This document shows, one piece after another, positions 48,485-62,862 of a stretch of 64,000 nucleotides of DNA (the stretch's first letter is position 1; each line of letters opens with the position of its first letter). The notes under the pieces are model-generated. The model was not told the DNA's origin. It made no database searches and saw only the letters and a program-made list of their open reading frames with translations. A program made the translations under genes and the position numbers. This DNA comes from Tubulanus polymorphus (taxonomy: Eukaryota > Animalia > Nemertea): contig NC_134027.1 in NCBI RefSeq assembly GCF_964204645.1, positions 26,932,560-26,996,559 on the forward strand, in the 5' to 3' direction.

Positions 48485-51400
48485 TCACATAGATTTCAAT
48501 GGTTTCAATCCCAACAACTTCATTCCATTTGACAGAATAATTCTAGCACACACGAACAGAAATAAACGATCCTACAAACAGAAAATATAAAATCCATAAT
48601 ATTGATTTTTACAATCTTTCAAATGATTCTGTCCACATTCGTGCTTACCTCAGCAACAGTTTTAGGGGATCCTTTAACGGACAAACCATGTATTGCTGCA
48701 TTTGATAAATGCCTAAAATCAATAGAAAATGGTTCAACAACTAAAGCATAGTTTTTTGTATCAAAAAGTTAAATATTTCAGAAAAATAGCATATTGAATA
48801 GTATATCTGGTTAAACATATCATAGTTTTATATATCTGTTTTATGTTCAATATACTATCATCCTATGTATTTGTCCAATGTTTCATATCTATAATTTGTA
48901 AAGTCTTTTTGAGATATTTTACATAACAGACTGTAAAAAGATATATCATAATCATAAATCATAATTATTATTATAATTATCAAATGCCATTGAACTTACA
49001 CTAATTTGAATAAATAGGTGACAAGAGAATGAGCTTCTAATGTACTGTAACATTCATTGACTATTTCATCAAATCTGTAATGAAAATATAACAGTGATCA
49101 ATTCAGATGCTTTCTGAGGATTTTTGATGTTTGTATCTGAATAATTTACTTTGCTAAATGTAAAGTCAATCTGATCGCTTCAGCTTCAGTCAAACTTTCT
49201 AATGCGCTACATAAATTCATTTCTATCCCGCAATTTTTCTCTATACTGAAAAAATAGAAAAGAGGAGTGAGTTTTGTAGAGGAGACGAGTTTAACCTGAT
49301 GTCAAATCAATAAACAGGAAAACAGTTACTATTGTCTTGTGTAGGGAAACTCGAGTTTATGAGAAGTAGAAGTACAAGTTTTCACTACTAGTGTATTGAG
49401 TAGCTTCATTGGGTAGCTTTACTCATTTACCCGATGATGCTACTATGATAGTGAAGCTACTGATGAAGCTTCTCAATGCACTAATAACGAAAGCTCATCC
49501 TCAGATTTCTAATTGAGAAAAAGTTTAACTACCAAATACTAACTACCTGTCTTCATATTTACTAGAAAAATCAACGAATGAATATCGAGGGCATAAATAA
49601 GACTGAAAAACTGGATGGATATTTCAATAATTCACCTGTAAAGTCTAGCATGGTTATACTGTAATGAAACACCAGTATCTCCGCGATTATCTAACATTCG
49701 ATCCCAGTCAAAATCGTAATCCCGATTTTTACGCTGTTTTAAATCCTGCACGATCACTGCACTCATACCCAGAATATCAGCCGTTTCTTCTACACTTTCA
49801 GCAGCTTTAGTACCTTAAAAATCAATATGACAACATCATAGATATTTGTGCTGGTATATATGAAATATTTGAGTGAAGATGCCTACAGTCTCCCCCATTG
49901 ATTTGACAAGTTCAAACTAAGCAAATACAGATTGCCTCCGTCCTGAGAAACAACCTGGCATTTAGATTGCAGGGGTGGCTGTTTATTGGGGCTTGTCCAT
50001 ACATACTTTGTTTAGAAGACATAATTTTCAGCATTCTCAATTTTGCTTCATCTAAGATGTCAGATAGAAACACAACATTTCCCTGTCTGGTGCTCATACC
50101 CTGTACACGACCGAACCCTATGTGTAAATTATCACAGCTGAAATTGAATACAGTTACAGAATTTCAAATTTCAGGCCTCTCTATAGATTAACATTGAATG
50201 CATCAACAACCTACTTATTGATCCATTGGTGGCCGAGTTTTTGCAGGATTGCAACCATTTGTTTAAAATGGAGATTCTGCCCTTGTTCAACCTACAAAAA
50301 AAATTCAAACGACTCAAGTAGAATCTACCCCTTTTTTTTCTATAAACGAATTACTCAATAATAATTACTTACAACGTAATGAATTCTATTGAACTGGTAT
50401 TTTCTATACCGGTCTAGAATAGCAGCCAAATCTCTGTAAGATATAACAGAAAATATTTTACCGCATAATATGTTTAAAACGACAGAATTGAAGTAAAACG
50501 CTCAAACCTTGTGATATACAGCGTGGATCCATCACTTTTCAGCAGATTAGCAGATACTGATTGACCACCGAATGATTCACTGAGATCAATGAATTTTATT
50601 CCTTTACTGAAAAATTCATCAAACAAATTATTTTTTCAGACAAAAATGAATGGAAGATCCCCGAGATGATTGGATGATGTGTGGTCTACCTGTTCGTACT
50701 TAGTATTCCAGCTAATTCAGCTTCATTTAAAACATCATGAGCCGATTTATAATACATAGATTCACCGTGATATTCATCGAAATGAATTCCTAATCTCTGA
50801 AATTACAACCATCTACAATAAACTCCTACTACAATAACTAGAATCAATTGGGACCAGTGATTTTTGTTCGACAAAGTGAGATAATGAAATGAATTCACAT
50901 TCTGTTGTTCAATGGTTCTATAGGGTGGCCACTTTCATACAACCCTGTGGTTTTAAGATTTGTGTTCAAGTATGATAAACCGACTTAGAGTTAAGTGGAG
51001 TTGATTGTATGAATGTATTAACAAATCTTAGAGAAAGAGAAGCACAAACCTTGTATACAGCTGAATAACTATCAATACTTGAATCACGAAATAACTTCCA
51101 TTCATCGTGAAGATCACCATCATCTGAATATATTATGAAGATTGATTGTAAAACTAAAAACAGAAAATATATCTTTCAAACCTGGTTTTTACTCACCAGT
51201 TTCCATGCGTGTTAAATGTTGAAGAGCTAGTTGACGAGTTTTAGAGACACCGGAATCTTTTTCTTCCGATTCCACATCTTTATTGACAGCGACATAAACC
51301 TTAAATTGACAATTGACAATTTAAAATCGCAGAAGTGGATGTAGTTGAAGTGGAGAAATCAGAAACATGTCCTTACTTCGAATAAGTGTTTCATTGCGTC

Positions 51401-52620
51401 AGATTTTAATCGATTGTGACATCCATATTTCTTAAACCCAACAGACAAAATACCTAGTATGATAATCAATAAGAATTAGATATATCAGGATATATCAGAA
51501 TATTTCTAACACTTCAATATTTAAATAGAATCACTACAGTAGATTGTGTTTACCCCAGAGTTCAAATCCTCCGATTATCGCGTGCCGCACCCAGCTTAGA
51601 CTAACGGTACCCCAGAATTTACTGGTCCCGATAGATCCGAGTCTACTCACCAAATTGAGTTCCCCAATCTCCAAGGTAATTAATTCGCGTTACATTGTTG
51701 TTTAAAGCTTCGTTGATATTGGCGACAAAGTTTCCAATGATTGTCGATCGGAGATGACCGGCGTGAAATGGTTTAGCTATATTCGGTGAACTGAATTCAA
51801 CTATGACGTTTTCTGGAATCACTCTAGCAACGAGCTGTCCTCCATTCTTCTTATAAAATCGATGTAACTGACTGTTTAAACCGGCCCTACTATTCTCACT
51901 GATGATTTCTTTTAGCACCTTCTACAATAAGAAATGATTCATGAAATAAGATACTTATTGCTTAGATTGAAGATAAATCAGTCTTTGGGATGGAACTAGG
52001 ATATCAAAAGGGGCTGGTTTCACTGCAATGAGAAGGGCAACCTTCCAAATCAAGCATCGTAGGTATGAAGCAGTATAAATGAGGGTGTAAGCAGTGTCAA
52101 GTCAAAATATCTCGCGATATATCCCAATCAACTTGTCTGGTTATCATCAGAGATTTTTGAAAGGTCACTCAGCCAATAAAGACAGGGTTCCTGGATCCAC
52201 CATTGAGTTATGAAATGATAGTTTTGATGAAATACCTTAGTAAAATACTTGGAATCATATTTAATCGCGATCTCTTTCTTTCCGCGTATGAATTCTAAAT
52301 CTTCATGATTTTCTGTAGCAGCAGCAGCAGGTGAAACGCTTGAGTCAATGTGAATTCCATTCTTTTTCATCACAGTCTCTGATATCTTCATATTTGGTTT
52401 ATCAATGCTATAGAAATAAAAAGAGCATTGATTCATCTGCAAACAGTAATTCTCCGAAGTCTCATGATTTGTCGACTTACCATGATTTTTTAGATACATC
52501 ATTCATTTGTATCGAACAGGCAACTTTATCCAAAAACTGGTCAGTAAATTCAGTGCGGCCTTTCTGATTGCAAACTGATAACAGTTTCTTCGCGACGTGT
52601 CTCCTGATTTGATATGCCAT
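48485..52620 (-). CDS. RARS2: Mitochondrial arginyl-tRNA synthetase, multi-exon
   Basis: Transit-like N-terminus [13 protein letters not shown], then [24 protein letters not shown] (HIGH variant), [48 protein letters not shown] and [13 protein letters not shown]. Ends [13 protein letters not shown]. Confidence 0.93.
49389..49484. repeat. Foldback palindrome in a RARS2 intron
   Basis: TAGTGTATTGAGTAGCTTCAT...ATGAAGCTTCTCAATGCACTA inverted arms. Confidence 0.65.
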
Positions 52621-53144
52621 CTTATTCAATCAATTAATTTGGATTTGAGTTGATTTGTAATTTTGTGGAAATAAAATGCCGTATTTCACTATGTTCTAAA
52701 ACTAGTTTAACCTGTAATCTTGTAAATACATTGTATTGATCGGATTATTAACTTTTCCAAATGGGGGATTTATCATTCATTCGCTCATTGGGATATTAGA
52801 GACACTTTTAGAGATGTTTTATTTCAATCAACCGGTCGAATCGATCAGTGCGCCATCTAGAATGCGGAAGTGATTTTAGGGAAAACCCAACTTCAATTCA
52901 AAGTCACCCGACTTTATTGTCAAGATTTCAATGTCACCTGTAAATGTGTTATTTAGCCCGATTTCGTCAATACGGTAAACGCACAACTCAAGTAGCAGTA
53001 AAATTATTACGTTATTAATGCTAATGTTTTATTTTTTCTTACTTAGAAATCTCTTAATTGTAACTACCGCTCGTTAAATCTGTGAATACCGATACTGAAT
53101 AAATCAATCTTCATGATGGTCATCTCTTATAGGGACTGAAGACT

Positions 53145-56100
53145 ATGGAACTGCATGTAAGCATTACAGAGACTCCAGATAGTTCACCTACCGATAATAT
53201 CACTGATGACATCGCCTGGAGACAGTGGGGACCATATTTACCGGAACGTCAATGGGGCACTATTCGTGAACAGAAGTTTCAACCATTTACTGACGTGTAA
53301 GTGAAAGTGAAAGTCTCGTTGTTAGTATTTTATTTATTGTGTTATTATCTGATAGATGAAACATTGTGAAAATCTAACACAATGAATAAAAATATAGTCC
53401 GAAAAGATTTTAATTGAGCGATGAGTTTTTTCATTGGCTTAATCTGGGGCTATAGCAAAAGTTGGTAAAAGATAACCAGCGGATAGATACCACAGTACTC
53501 AAGAACTTTTAATTGTCACTATATCAACTATGCACTGGTTAACTCTAATCAACTTTTAATGCGCAACTAACCTCAGATTGTCATCTTCAGGAATACTCTA
53601 TTTTACTCTCCAATCTTTTACTCTCACTCAATTGCTCATTCTCAATTTGGGAATTTTTATCATCTGTTGTTTATTGTTTGTAGTTGGACATCGTTTACAT
53701 TTCATGACAGTAAACACAAAGTTTACGATTGGAGTGAAGATGGATTATTAGGAATATGTGATGAAGAAGGTTATTTATGCTTAGCTGTCGCATTGTGGAA
53801 TGAAAGAGATCCGATATTAAAGGAAAGACTGTTCGGTCTTATTCCATATGAGGTACTGCATTACTGATTTTATCATATAACATATCCATATCGGTCCTAA
53901 GTGCAGTGCAGCAGGATCTCTTCAACTCACTGAGGAAAATTCAGAGCATTATTGTCAACAAGTGCAAGATTTCTTTTTTCCTGATTAAGGGATGACAGGG
54001 TTGTGAAACACCTTCGATTTAAAAGACTTAACTGCCTTGATGAGGGACCACCAGTTAGTAATGGTTACTCCAATTTTATAATGGAATCGCTGATCATTTT
54101 AATACGTTGTTATTTCAGGGAAATCATGGAGAAGATGTAAAAGAGAATTAGTATTACACGATTAATACACCTGATCATTCTTATATGAAATCGTTGTATA
54201 AATATCCGCAAACTGAATTCCCTTATAAACAACTCATCAAACACAATCAAAACAGAAGGAAAAACCAACCTGAATATGAGATAAATGATACAGGTAACAA
54301 ATATTTCATTTTCTCTAAATGTTCTCCCAAGATTTTTACGCTGAGATGTTAAGTAAATATTGTATTTTTCTAGGTGTGTTTGATGAGAGTAAATATTGGG
54401 ATATCGATGTAGAATTTGTGAAAGTGAAACCCAGACATATTCTATGCCGATACACCGTGCACAATAGAGGTTTAGATACAGAATCAATACATGTTTTACC
54501 TACGATCTGGTTCAGGTACGGAAACTGATATTCTAATGAACGAATGTTGATTAGATATAGAATTTTAGTTTATACAATCTCTATTATTTTAGAAACACTT
54601 GGAACTTTGAAAAGTCAAGTAAATCATTTGTGGAGAAACCTACATTGGAAAAGATTAGTGATCATGAAGTGAAAGCATCGCACGCCAAACTGGGTTAGTG
54701 TGACATGTAACTTCACTATGAATTACAGTTCCATCCACAGTTCTGGGCTGAATTTGATTCAAGATTTAAAACATAAATAATGAATGAATCCTTAAAGCTA
54801 ACTCAGTACTCGATCCTGGACCCAGTTCCACAGTTCTGAGTTAAGATTTGACTCATTGAAAATGAAATGATTTTAACTTAGATTTAACTCTGACTCACAA
54901 CTGTGGAACTCGATCCTGAAGAAATATCAGGGCTCATGTATTAATCTGTTTTTTTTTAGGTAGTTATACGTGGAAAGTTGATGCATATGACAGTAGTAAT
55001 CCTGCACTAATATTCACTGAGAATGAATCTCGTCATGAAGATAATTTTCTATCCAAAGATGCTTTTCATGATTTTCTCATTAAAGGTCAGTAAATAACAC
55101 TTCGAATTCATAGTTTTCTGTCTAATTCCCTTCTGATCTATTTGTGTTTTAATGTTTTGATATATTCAGGCGATGAAACGGCAGTATTATCGGACCAGGG
55201 AACGAAATGCGCCGCTCATTATAAACTGACATTAGATCCCGGTTCTAAAGCCGTCATTAATTATCAACTGTTTCATGAAGATGAAACTGAAGAGATTCCT
55301 TTCGCCGAATTTCAGCGAATATTTACCCAAAAAGAAGCGAATGCTGCTCAATTTTACAACCAGGTGCGACAGTTTTTACAATCAGGGTTCTTACAGATCA
55401 GGCAAATCAGGGAATTCTGACTCTGTTCTTGAAAATCAGATTGAAGTCAGGGAATTGGTGGAATTTTTGGTGTCTTGCTGATGACAAGTGGCACAAGGAA
55501 CCTCTTGAGAAGAAACAGCCTCCACTGAGGATATCTCATAATTCTATCAAGATATTTTCGGTCTAGGGTCAAGAAAATATCAGGGTTTTTTGAATTCCCT
55601 GATCTGTAAGAACCCTGTTCAATGATGAATTGGACAGCAATTTATATATGTAGTTATATTTCTGTATTTTGTATAGAATTTACCGAGTGAAATGCCGTAT
55701 CAAATGAAGAATGTATGTATTCAAGCTTATGCCGGATTATTATGGAATAAAATGTTTTATCATTATCCCGTGAAAGACTGGATGAATCACTCGGGTAGGT
55801 TTACTAGACACGTATGATGATACATTCATTGAATTTATGGGGGTGTTTTAATACGTGTCTTCATTTTGTTTTTAGAGACTAGAAATGAAAAAGTTCAGAA
55901 AACATTTGGAGTTAATTCTCGTTGGACACATCTGGAATGTTGCGATGTTTTATCTGTACCTGATAAGTGGGAATTTCCTTGGGTATGTCGGTGTCAGCGT
56001 GTCGATTTATTTTGTAATAATTAGTTTATTTTCTAACTAGGCGTTTTACAATCTCTTACAGTTTGCTGTATGGGATCTTGCTTTTCATATGATTCCAATG

Positions 56101-58450
56101 GCTGAAATTGATATCGATTTTGCCAAAAATCAACTGCTTTTATTTCTAAGTCATCGCTATCTGAGCATGGATGGTAAAGTAAGTATTCACTGTGTCTGCA
56201 ATTTACTTACGTTTCGTTGAATTTCTGATTTAAATGATTTGTTTGTTTTCCTACGTAGCTTCCGGCATATGATATGAATCTAAGCGATCAGAATCCACCG
56301 GTACACGCCTGGGCTTGCTGGAATATCTATCAGAGAACCATAGATCGAGGAGAACCGGATGATGAATTTTTAGAGAAAGCTTTTCTCGGATTATTGCCGA
56401 ATTATACGAACTGGGTCGGTCAGTCTATCGATAATAGTGGTCTTTACGCCGGTGGATTCCTAGGATTTGATAACATAAGCGCGGTTAACAGGTCTTCACC
56501 CGGTGTTCATAGAATCTATCAGGCTGATGGAACTGGATGGGTCGCTTTCTTTAGTATTCACATGTTGAAGATTGCATTGATATTGTGCAAGAAGAACCAC
56601 AACTACGAGGAGTACGCAATCAAATTTCTCAAACATTTCTTTTCAATCAAGAATGCTATTAATGAATCGAGTGATATTTCTGGTAAGGAATCCATGATCG
56701 AGTAAAGTAAGTAAAGTAAGATTGAAATTATCTGAAAGATTCAGGAAATTTTGTTTGGCTTATTTCAGTCGGTTTATGGAATGAAGATGATCGGTTTTAT
56801 TACGATAAAATACAGCGTCAATACGGAGACAATATTGAAACATTACGAGTGAGATCTTTAGTTGGAATTGTGCCGTTGTTTGCTCAATGCATTCTCTATA
56901 AAACTGATATAGAAGAATTTCCATGGCTTAAAGAAATACTTTCTGATAATTTCAGCAGCTGTGAGGTGAGTGTCATTCAGTGAAGAAAACCATTACAATA
57001 AACTCCACTCGTGTAAGATCTCTTTGGACCATGAAAATATGTAAATCTTGAGTGATATTCGAGACAGATGGTATATTAGATTGATTTAACGGATTGCAAA
57101 ATATTTCAACAAACTATCAAATTACAAGGTTATCTCCGAGTTAAACGCCTATCTCTGAGATTCAATGGTTCTAGGCTGAGTTGATCAATCTGACCCGAGT
57201 GGAGTCTACTGTAATTAGAATACATTGTTTGAGATATTGTAAATTCCTATATAGGAAGAGTCGTTGTTGTTAAGTTTGGTGAATGAAGATAAATTAAGAA
57301 ATATCCTGCGATATCTACTTGATGAAACAGAGTTTTTATCTCCGTATGGAATACGATCATTGTCCAAGGTATTTATTTATCCATCGTTTTATAAATGAGT
57401 TTTGATTCATGGTATCCACAGGTGAGTAAAGATATATGTATTTGTTTCAGTTTCATGATGATAATAGCTATATCCTGAAAGGTGCTGAATCATTGAGTCA
57501 ATGGTTTAATTTGCTGTGGTGGCTGTTAGGGTTAACACCGCCTCATTCTCAAACTGGTCGCTCTGTTAAATATGCTGCTGGTAATGCAAGGTCTGATGAT
57601 TGTTATGGAGGAAACAGTAACTGGAGAGGTCCAATCTGGATTTGTAGTAAGTTTACTATATCTTATTAGAAATGTAATTGAAAGGTTAAAAATGAAAATG
57701 AAATATTATACTGTAGTCAAATTTGTCATAGCTGGTGGTATGATCGTTATGTTGACAACTTATCTAAATGACAACTTACACTTAGTAAATTGAATTGGAA
57801 ATAGAACTTCAGACTAAAAATCAAGAGATGACTTCCGTAATGAGATGAATTATCCAAATAATGAGTTAACCAAGTTTAACTGGTGAATATTTACTTGTCT
57901 TTTTGCAGTCAATTATCTGATCATTGAAACATTAGAAACGCTGTATCTTTACTACGGTGACACGATGAAATTAGAGTGTCCAGTTGGTTCGAATGTGTTC
58001 ATGAATCTAGATGAAGTATCTCAGGAATTGATAAAACGAGTCACCAGTATATTTCTACTCGATCAGTCAGGTTTTCGCCCCTGTCACGGTCAGTATTTCC
58101 TGCTTCCTTCGATGAAATTGAGAGATTTTAGATGATTTTCACTTTGAAGTGATGTGTAATAATTTCAGGAACTGATTCGCTTTATGAAACCGATCCAACT
58201 TGGTCGAGTTTGTTATTGTTTCATGAATTTTTCAACGCTGAAACTGGTGAAGGACTCGGAGCTAGGTCAGTTCTGTTTCACGTATCAAAAGACGACTTAT
58301 TACTCCCTTAGATCTTTAATTAACAATAATTTATTGAATTATTTCAGTCATCAGACTGGTTGGACTGCTCTGATTACTACGCTCATCAGAAAACTTGTTC
58401 AACATTGGACGAGCGATCCTGGAAAACCTGCCGATGAAATCAACAAATAG
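53145..58450 (+). CDS. GH63-like (MGH1-like / yeast YMR196W-type) glycoside hydrolase, about 17 exons
   Basis: Motifs [135 protein letters not shown] and [22 protein letters not shown]. Confidence 0.88.
55383..55617. mobile_element. hAT-like MITE with 20-bp terminal inverted repeats; partial copy at about 6090-6137
   Basis: CAGGGTTCTTACAGATCAGG ... CCTGATCTGTAAGAACCCTG, with internal TCAGGGAA sub-repeats. Confidence 0.75.
56993..57213. mobile_element. Tc1/mariner (Tigger-like) MITE; relatives at about 50814-51010 and 58653-58837
   Basis: TA|CAATAAACTCCACTCG ... CGAGTGGAGTCTACTG|TA. Confidence 0.65.
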
Positions 58451-59020
58451 ATTGTGATTGACATTCATTTTTTATCAAAATGAAACAAAATCCCGTTTAC
58501 ATAATTCAGAAATATGTAATTTTATATGAAACACTCATGGCTGGATTGTTAACTGGCAATTTTGTGGTGGTACAAGAAAATATTGTATATTTAATATATA
58601 AATCATTCAGAATGACAAAAATTACAGTTTTTGTAGTATAATGAATCTATCGTACAGTAGACTGTGTTTGCCTCGGATCTCGTGCGACCAATAGATTTTC
58701 TCTTAGACAGTGAGTAAATTCCGGGGCACCTGGAGTAGAGATAGGGTCTTATCATGTGAATTAGAGTTGGAAAATTGAAAACCTTACATCCTTGCGGGGC
58801 ACGCGATAATCCAAGGCAGTGTGCAGTCTACACTGTATGTTGTTTCGTTTCAATCTCATTTGGTTATGGACGGAATATGGATATTTTTGTGTAAAGCTTT
58901 AGATGCAGATCTGGATTTGGTCTTTTCTTCACTGATTTACAGAATAAAAGGCCACGTACAAAGCACATTATGTATATAATCCACGCAGACTTGATCGAAC
59001 AACTTTAGAAGGTTTATACA

Positions 59021-61622
59021 CTATCCACAGTTTATGCAGCCAACTTTAGTCGGTTTACGTTGATCTCGCATGAATAAATCCTCATTTTGACGGTCGATTT
59101 CTAAAAACAGAAATAAGTAAAATCAGTATTGAGTATCTTTCTGAGGGTTGAACTGATCAATGATGATGGTACTCGTTGAGTATTTGGAGGGTTGGACTGA
59201 TGATACTGAAAGTGATGGTACTCGTTGAGTATTTGTGTAACTGATTAAACCGGTACTCACTGACTAAATCTGCTCCAATAGTTCGACTCGGAGCATTCTC
59301 CGATCTCTCCAGCTCTCTTAAAACTGCCGATTCAAAAGTCAACGTCGCCAAACGAAAGAAAAAATCTTTCACGTACTCACCTAGAATTTAGAACGGATAT
59401 TATCAACATACACCTTCAGGGACCATTCATGAATTACATACACTTTCATAGGAGAGACAGGTGAAGGTAATACTTGGAATTGTATACTCGGTGATGGCCC
59501 CCTTATTGAGTTTAAGGAAGATCAATGATTTCGAGACTTACTATCTTTAGAAGAACAAACCCACAGCTCTGCATTGAGTTGTTTACTGATCTCTTTAGCT
59601 CTTTCAATCGTTTCTTCAAATACTTGACCACACTATATAAAGACATGATGAACTGATCATGAATGAACATCGATTGAAATAACCGATGCGTGATTACTGT
59701 TTACTTACGACTAAATCTTTCTTTGTTCCAACCAGAAATTTAAGCGGGTCCGTTGTATTCTCACAAGCGTCGTTCATCCATTTTATAGAATTCTCCAGCG
59801 AGAATCGGTTATTCAGTTCAAATACAGACACTACAACTATATACAATATCGAACTCATTAACTCAGAAAAGAGTAAGCAGGGGCGGATCTACGGTCTGAT
59901 TCGGGGTATATCATAATCATAAGGGCCGAGTACTGCGTAAGGAGGAGTTTATAATATAGTTTCTTTAGTTGGACAAAGATTGTCATTAATAATAATAATA
60001 ATAATAAAATTTATATAGCGCGATAATTCCATGCGATAAAGCAAAGTTCAAATGCGCTCCCCCAGGGTAACATCAAGGTATGCATGGAATAGTTGAGTTT
60101 TGATCATGGATTTGAATTCATTCAGCGTCAAGTTGAGAACAGTGGGTGTAGAGATCATGGCGTTCCAGGTTTGCGGTGCTTGTCTCGAAAAAGCTCGATT
60201 AGCGAGGTTGAAGGAGGGTTCAACCAGTCTGAATCTTTCGGAGGATCGAAGAGAACGTGTTGGTTTGTAGTACTGAAATAGCTCGCTAATATAAAATGTC
60301 ATGAAGTGCAGATTAGAGATATTTTTCTATATACCTTGAGCACCGCGATAATAAGAAGCAGCGATACATTTAAATCGTTCCTGTCCAGCAGTATCCCATC
60401 TGAAACCATGAATTTAAAGAGATAGATAAAACTGTGAGACTCGCGCATCCCTTCATGACGTTGTTGTTTTATTACTTACATTTGTAAATGAAAAGGAATC
60501 GTTAAAACACTGAATTTCTCAACTTCGAAATCGACACCAATCGTTGCTTTATAATCGCGATCGAATTTATCATGAATGAATCTGAAATATTTTAGCAAAT
60601 AAATGACGTTAAAACAAATCTCAATCTTCTGTCCTGACCCCTCCTCATTCACATAATTCTCACTGCGTAGTGTGGATGATCAGATCTTGAAAGTGCACAG
60701 ATAAAATGTCTGATGTTTGTAGTTCAATTATAATATTCTAATCAAAAATGGCTCCGATGAAATTCTGAACACATATGAAGAATGGATGATCAGATATTTG
60801 AAAAATGGCGATAAAATGTCTAATGTTCAACAGGGTCCAAGCTGAGAGGGTATGGGGTCCAAGCTGAGAAGGTATGGGGTCCAAGCTGAGAAGGTATAGG
60901 GTCCAAGCTGAGAAGGTATAGGGTCCAAGCTGAGAGGGTACAGGGTCCAAGCTGAGAAGGTATAGGGCCCAAGCTGAGAAGGTATAGGGTTGAGGTAGAG
61001 AGGGGGTGTGAGGAAAAGCCAATGTTATTAAGTCATACAATAAAGCATCTATACCTGTTTACAAGACTTGTTTTACCTACAGCTATATCACCAACTACGA
61101 CTATCTTCGATATCTTCAATCTAAATTCAAAAATCAGATTTTCAGTTTTTCATGTCGAACTCACAAACAGGAAGAGAGATACTAGTGACTCAATGCTGCA
61201 GTTATTAAACAAAAAGGGTCCAGTTCTAAAGTTCATGAGTTAAAATTTTACTCTGAGTTAATAATTCATTGAAAATGAACTAACTTTAACTCACAGAGTT
61301 AAGTCTAACTCACAACTGTGGAACTGAGTCCTGGTTAAAGAACATTTACCCAACAGCACCAGTTTTATCTTGAGAACACGCAGAACGGACTTTCGGGTGA
61401 AAGTTTAATCGTGGATATGGAGTAGCATCGGAATAGAGTGGCTTTATAGAGAAAAACAAGACATCAGCAATATCACTGATCAGTCAATCAAATAGACTTT
61501 CTTACTTGATTTTATTTTGTTGCTGACCACAATCATTTGACACATGATAAAAGGGTTACCTGTGGATATTTTGAAATTATTCTATCGCTTGCAATAACAG
61601 AACTCATTAATTTTGAAGTCAT
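59021..61622 (-). CDS. RAB34: Rab34/Rab36-family small GTPase, about 9 exons
   Basis: N-terminal DRIISKYPQ...FHPKVRSAC...TGAVGLKISKIVVVGDIAVGKTSL, effector loop YKATIGVDFEVEKF, WDTAGQERFKCIAASYYRGAQ and FLVGTKKD. Ends KVGCINCG*. Probably orthologous to both vertebrate RAB34 and RAB36. Confidence 0.88.
59986..60295 (-). mobile_element. 5'-truncated L2/CR1-group LINE fragment in a Rab intron
   Basis: ORF2 C-terminal-like YKPTRSLRSS...RAFSRQAPQTWN...FKSMIKTQLF, then GCGCTATATAAA and an (ATT)n tail. Confidence 0.8.
60832..60990. repeat. 22-bp minisatellite (about 7 copies) in a Rab intron
   Basis: GTCCAAGCTGAGAAGGTATAGG at 60835, 60857, 60879, 60901 and onward. Confidence 0.92.
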
Positions 61623-62639
61623 ATTTATATTTACGATATTATTAGAAATATGCAGCGGATCAACGACCTTGAGCGCGGATAGCGAACCGGACGTATACGG
61701 GCGACGAACCGGAATGAGTTACAGCGACGACGCAACAAAATAAACCACAGATTGTCACACTAGTCACGTGTTCGCCCCGGTTGGGTTGAGTGGGCGCGGG
61801 AGTCACGCTTGGCACGTGCCGGGACACAATGAGCCGCGTGACTGACTGACCCCGAGACCTTCATTGTATTGTCACTGATTGTTATCAGGTAAGAATAATG
61901 ACAAAATCCCACAAACCAAATCCGCCGTTACAACAGTCAACACGCCGGGCACGGGTCGTAAAACACTAATTAATTACCTCCTCTGCAACCCAAGGAAAAT
62001 AAGTGATATTAATTGTCATCATGCCAGCATCAAACAATGAATACATTTCACTCAGCTCAACAAACATTAATTAGTTCTTATTGAAACAAATATCTATTCT
62101 GATAATTAATTCTCATCTAACGCGACTCGGATAGTGTCACCTGTAGACTGTAGTCTATAGGTCACCTATAGTCTTTAGGGCTTAATGCAACCAGACACCA
62201 ATAATGGGCCTTTACTAGGCTTAACCATGTGATAGTGATGGTCAGAGTGCTCGCAAGAAACCTGTTCAGATCCCTGACAATACCGGGTAACTTTTTTTAC
62301 CCCTTGTCATCATATAGGGTGCTGTGTGTGTCAGGTACCTGTGCTAACAAATTTACTGTAAACTGTAATTTATTATTGATTTTAAGATAGTCATTAGTTA
62401 ATCCAGCCCTAATGCTTACCTAATTTTAATAGAATTGAGTTCCAACTCAATTTCTCTTGAGTCTTTTTGTAAATTTTGTCGTATAAAATGTTTTATTTTG
62501 GTGCGGCACCAAAACTGAATTTGATCTCAACAGCTGACTGAATGGTCACCAGTTAAACGATGACCACACTGACCAGACAATCTTTGTCAATTGCTGTGAC
62601 TTACTGGACCAGTGGTTAGGATATTGCACTGGCAAGTGA

Positions 62640-62862
62640 TAGACCCAGGGGCCAGTTGCTCAGTCCAAAAGTGGTCTTAAGTTGTTAGATTGGCTATAGA
62701 ACTAAGTTTGTCTTAGACTGGTCTCTGCCATGACCCAGGGGCCAGTTGCTCAGTCGTGACTTAAGTCCAAAAGTGGTCTTAAATCTTAAGACTGGCTTAA
62801 GTTGTTAGATTGGCTATAGAACTAAGTTGGTCTTAGACTGGTCTTATGCAACCGGCCCCAGG
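62640..62862. mobile_element. MITE-like element with a partial tandem duplication
   Basis: GACCCAGGGGCCAGTTGCTCAGTC occurs twice (62642, 62732); the right end GCAACCGGCCCC is inverted relative to GGGGCCAGTTGC. Confidence 0.6.

Noticed and set aside
60738-61040. 100-aa repetitive ORF
   Set aside because: It is translation of the intronic 22-bp minisatellite.
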